A stretch of DNA of 64,000 bases, taken from positions 133,114,001 through 133,178,000 of the forward strand of contig OZ024744.1 of the NCBI GenBank assembly GCA_964016885.1, read 5' to 3'. The notes below the pieces were generated by a model. That model was not told the origin of the DNA, did not search any database, and saw only the letters and a list, made by a program, of their open reading frames with translations. Source of the DNA: Eledone cirrhosa. Lineage: Eukaryota. The translations under genes and the position numbers were made by a program. Shown here in pieces: positions 59,101 to 64,000 of the stretch; the first letter of the stretch is position 1, and the number at the start of each line of letters is the position of its first letter.

Positions 59101-62100
59101 CCCAACTTAACTTAACTGCAACTTAACTTAACCCCAACTTAACTTAACCCCAACTTAACTCAACACCAACTTAACTCAACCCCAACTTAACTCAACGCCA
59201 ATTTAACTCAACCCCAACTTAACTCAACCCCAACTTAACTTAACCCCGACTTAAATTAACCCCGACTTAACTTAACCCCAACTTAACTCAACCCCAACTT
59301 AACTTAACCCCAACTTAACTTAACCCCAACTTAACTTAACCCCAACTTAAATTAACCCCAACTTAACTTAAACTCAACTTAACTAACCAACTTAACTTAA
59401 CCCCAACTTAACTTGACCCCAACTTAACTTAACCCCAACTTAACTTAAACCCAACTTAACTTAACCCCAACTTAACTTAACCCCAACTTAACTTAACCCC
59501 AACTTAACCCCAACTTAAATTAACCTCAACTTAACTTAACCCCAACTTAACTTAGCCCCAACTTAACTTAGCCCCAACTTAACTTAGCCCCAACTTAACT
59601 TAACCCCAACTTAACTTAACCGCACCTTAACTTAACCTCAACTTAACTTAACTGCAACTTAACTTAACCCCAACTTAACTTAACCCCAACTTAACTTAAC
59701 CCCGACTTAACTTAACCCCAACTTAACTTAACCGCAACTTAACTTAACCCCAACTTAACTTAACCACAAATTAACTTAACCCCAACTTAACTTAACCCCA
59801 ACTTAACTTAACCCCAACTTAACTTAACCCCAACTTAACTTAAACCTAACTTAACTTAACCCCAACTTAACCCCAACTTAACTTGACCCCAACTTAACTT
59901 AACCCCAACTTAACTCAACCCCAACTTAACTTAACCCCAACTTAACTCAGCCCCAACTTAACTCAGCCCCAACTTAACTTAGCCCCAACTTAACTTAACA
60001 CCAACTTAACTTAACCCCAACTTAACTTAACCCCAACTTAACTTAACCCCAACTTAACTTATCCCCAACTTAACTGAACCCCAACTTAACTCAACCCCAA
60101 CTTAAATTAACCCCAACTTAACTTAACCCCAACTTAACTTAACCCCAACTTAATTAACCCCAACTTAAATTAACCCCAACTTAACTTAACACCAACTTAA
60201 CGTAACCCCAACTTAATTTAACCCCAACTTAAATTAACCCCAACTTAACTTGCCCCCAACTTAACTTACCCCCAACTTAACTTAACCCCAACTTAATTTA
60301 ACCCCAACTTAATTTAACCCCAACTTAACTTAAACCCAACTTAACTTAACCCCAACTTAACTTAACCCCAAATTAACTCAACCCCAACTTAACTCAACCC
60401 CAACTTAACTTAACCCCAACTTAACTTAACCACAAATTAACTTAGCCCCAACTTAAATTAACCCCAACTTAACTCAACCACAACTTAACTTAACCCCGAC
60501 TTAACTTAACCCCACCTTAACTTAACCTCAACTTAACTTAACTGCAACTTAACTTAACCCCAACTTAAATTAACCCCAACTTAACTCAACACCAACTTAA
60601 CTCAACCCCAACTTAACTCAACGCCAATTTAACTCAACCCCAACTTAACTCAACCCCAACTTAACTTAACCCCGACTTAAATTAACCCCGACTTAACTTA
60701 ACCCCAACTTAACTCAACCCCAACTTAACTTAACCCCAACTTAACTTAACCCCAACTTAACTTAACCCCAACTTAAATTAACCCCAACTTAACTTAAACT
60801 CAACTTAACTAACCAACTTAACTTAACCCCAACTTAACTTGACCCCAACTTAACTTAACCCCAACTTAACTTAAACCCAACTTAACTTAACCCCAACTTA
60901 ACTTAACCCCAACTTAACTTAACCCCAACTTAACCCCAAATTAAATTAACCTCAACTTAACTTAACCCCAACTTAACTTAGCCCCAACTTAACTTAGCCC
61001 CAACTTAACTTAGCCCCAACTTAACTTAACCCCAACTTAACTTAACCGCACCTTAACTTAACCTCAACTTAACTTAACTGCAACTTAACTTAACCCCAAC
61101 TTAACTTAACCCCAACTTAACTCAAAACCAACTTAACTCAACCCCAACTTAACTCAACCCCAATTTAACTCAACCCCAACTTAACTCAACCCCAACTTAA
61201 CTTAACCCCAACTTAACTGAACCCTAACTTAACTTAACCCCGACTTAACTTAACCCCGACTTAACTTAACCCCAACTTAACTTAACCCCAACTTAACTTA
61301 ACCCCAACTTAACTTAACCCCAACTTAATTTAACCCCATCTTAACCCCAACTTATCTTAACCCCAACTTAACTGAACCCCAACTTAATTTAACCCCAACT
61401 TAAATAAACCCCAACTTAACTTAACCCCAACTTAACTTAACCCCAACTTAACTTAACCCCAACTTAACTCAGCCCCAACTTAACTTAGCCCCAACTTAAC
61501 TTAACCCCAACTTAACTTAACCCCAACTTAACTTAACCCCAACTTAACTTAACACCAACTTAACGTAACCCCAACTTAATTTAACCCCAACTTAAATTAA
61601 CCTCAACTTAACTTAACCCCAACTTAACTTAACCCCATCTTAACTTAACCCCAACTTAACTTAACCCCAACTTAACTTAACCCCAACTTAAATTAACCCC
61701 AACTTAACTTAACCCCAACTTAACTTAACCCCGACTTAACTTAACCCCAACTTAACTTAATCCCAACTTAACTTAACCCCAACTTAACTTAACCACAAAT
61801 TAACTTAACCCCAACTTAACTTAACCCCAACTTAACTTAACCCCAACTTAACTTAACCCCAACTTAACTTAACCCCAACTTAACTTAAACCTAACTTAAC
61901 TTAACCCCAACTTAACCCCAACTTAACTTGACCCCAACTTAACTTAACCCCAACTTAACTCAACCCCAACTTAACTTAACCCCAACTTAACTCAGCCCCA
62001 ACTTAACTCAGCCCCAACTTAACTTAGCCACAACTTAACTTAACACCAACTTAACTTAACCCCAACTTAACTTAACCCCAACTTAACTTAACCCCAACTT

Positions 62101-64000
62101 AACTTATCCCCAACTTAACTGAACCCCAACTTAACTTAACCCCAACTCAATATAACCCCAACTTAACTTAACCCCAACTTAACTCAAGCCCAACTTAAAT
62201 TAACCCCAACTTAACTTATCCCCAACTTAACTTAACCCCAACTTAATTAACCCCAACTTAAATTAACCCCAACTTAACTTAACACCAACTTAACGTAACC
62301 CCAACTTAAATAAACCCCAACTTAAATGAACCCCAACTTAACTTAACCCCAACTTAACTTAACCCCAACTTAACTCAGCCCCAACTTAACTTAGCCCCAA
62401 CTTAACTTAACCCCAACTTAACTTAACCCCAACTTAACTTAACCCCAACTTAACTTAAACCTAACTTAACTTAACCCCAACTTAACCCCAACTTAACTTA
62501 ACTGCAACTTAACTTAACCCCAACTTAACTTAACCCCAACTTAACTTAACTGCAACTTAACTTAACCCCAACTTAACTTAACCCCAACTTAACTCAAGAC
62601 CAACTTAACTCAACCCCAACTTAACTCAACGCCAATTTAACTCAACCCCAACTTAACTCAACCCCAACTTAACTTAACCCCGACTTAAATTAACCCCGAC
62701 TTAACTTAACCCCAACTTAACTCAACCCCAACTTAACTTAACCCCAACTTAACTTAACCCCAACTTAACTTAACCCCAACTTAAATTAACCCCAACTTAA
62801 CTTAAACTCAACTTAACTAACCAACTTAACTTAACCCCAACTTAACTTGACCCCAACTTAACTTAACCCCAACTTAACTTAAACCCAACTTAACTTAACC
62901 CCAACTTAACTTAACCCCAACTTAACCCCAAATTAAATTAACCTCAACTTAACTTAACCCCAACTTAACTTAGCCCCAACTTAACTTAGCCCCAACTTAA
63001 CTTAGCCCCAACTTAACTTAACCCCAACTTAACTTAACCGCACCTTAACTTAACCTCAACTTAACTTAACTGCAACTTAACTTAACCCCAACTTAACTTA
63101 ACCCCAACTTAACTCAAAACCAACTTAACTCAACCCCAACTTAACTCAACCCCAATTTAACTCAACCCCAACTTAACTCAACCCCAACTTAACTTAACCC
63201 CAACTTAACTGAACCCTAACTTAACTTAACCCCGACTTAACTTAACCCCGACTTAACTTAACCCCAACTTAACTTAACCCCAACTTAACTTAACCCCAAC
63301 TTAACTTAACCCCAACTTAATTTAACCCCATCTTAACCCCAACTTATCTTAACCCCAACTTTACTGAACCCCAACTTAATTTAACCCCAACTTAAATAAA
63401 CCCCAACTTAACTTAACCCCAACTTAACTTAACCCCAACTTAACTTAACCCCAACTTAACTCAGCCCCAACTTAACTTAGCCCCAACTTAACTTAACCCC
63501 AACTTAACTTAACCCCAACTTAACTTAACCCCAACTTAACTTAACACCAACTTAACGTAACCCCAACTTAATTTAACCCCAACTTAAATTAACCTCAACT
63601 TAACTTAACCCCAACTTAACTTAACCCCATCTTAACTTAACCCCAACTTAACTTAACCCCAACTTAACTTAACCCCAACTTAAATTAACCCCAACTTAAC
63701 TTAACCCCAACTTAACTTAACCCCGACTTAACTTAACCCCAACTTAACTTAATCCCAACTTAACTTAACCCCAACTTAACTTAACCACAAATTAACTTAA
63801 CCCCAACTTAACTTAACCCCAACTTAACTTAACCCCAACTTAACTTAACCCCAACTTAACTGAACCCCAACTTAACTTAAACCTAACTTAACTTAACCCC
63901 AACTTAACCCCAACTTAACTTGACCCCAACTTAACTTAACCCCAACTTAACTCAACCCCAACTTAACTTAACCCCAACTTAACTCAGCCCCAACTTAACT
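50200..64000 (+). repeat. Inversion-free subdomain with its own duplicated blocks (offsets 4354, 3434, 1992 bp)
   Basis: AATCCC at 53973, 58327, 61761, 63753 and AAATGAACCCC at 54540, 58894, 62328. I did not see these markers left of about 53 kb. Confidence 0.75.

Larger units (their letters stand above)
1..64000. repeat. Tandem satellite array, 16-bp monomer AACTTAACTTAACCCC, C-rich on + strand and G-rich on - strand; extends past both window edges
   Basis: The monomer is read continuously from base 1 to 64000. Most variants are single substitutions (TCAGCCCC, TTAGCCCC, TTATCCCC, TGAACCCC, AACACC, CCCCGAC, AAACCT). Length variants include the 11-mer AACTTAACCCC, the 15-mer AACTTAATTAACCCC, the 13-mer AACTTAACTAACC and occasional 17-mers. 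No unique sequence was seen. Confidence 0.99.

Noticed and set aside
1-64000. Protein-coding ORFs, including a repetitive protein
   Set aside because: TTAA gives TAA on both strands twice per monomer, and the 16-bp period cycles it through every frame. ATG is almost absent.
1-64000. CRISPR array or other repeat-spacer system
   Set aside because: There are no unique spacers; repeats are contiguous and only 16 bp long.
1-64000. Sequencing noise or a synthetic low-complexity artefact
   Set aside because: Variants recur in fixed order at exact multi-kb offsets, which random error would not produce. The copy number of individual duplications could still be misassembled.
1-64000. Variant pattern as an encoded message or programmed information store
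   Set aside because: The ordered variants are explained by point mutation followed by nested duplication. Nothing in the window indicates a reading mechanism.
1-64000. Assignment to a named satellite family or species
   Set aside because: I do not recognise this monomer with confidence; a database search is needed.

Overview
The whole 64-kb window is one strand-asymmetric tandem satellite with the 16-bp consensus monomer AACTTAACTTAACCCC, i.e. (AACTT)2(AACCCC); the minus strand reads GGGGTTAAGTTAAGTT. That is roughly 4,000 monomers. I see no coding gene, RNA gene, transposon or CRISPR array; TAA stops recur in all six frames. The structure lies in the variants. There is a 442-bp, 28-monomer higher-order unit. 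There are seven copies of one 173-bp inverted block (4751, 9796, 17377, 25481, 32219, 36715, 46110), each ending in a spacer-less palindrome. There are also nested multi-kb tandem duplications with offsets of 5045, 7960/8104, 11234, 2657, 4354, 3434 and 1992 bp, read from rare variant markers. The monomer resembles telomeric motifs (TTAGG-like plus TTGGGG). The array looks like a eukaryotic satellite or (sub)telomeric array maintained by recombination, but the host and chromosomal position cannot be determined from this window. Duplication boundaries are approximate.
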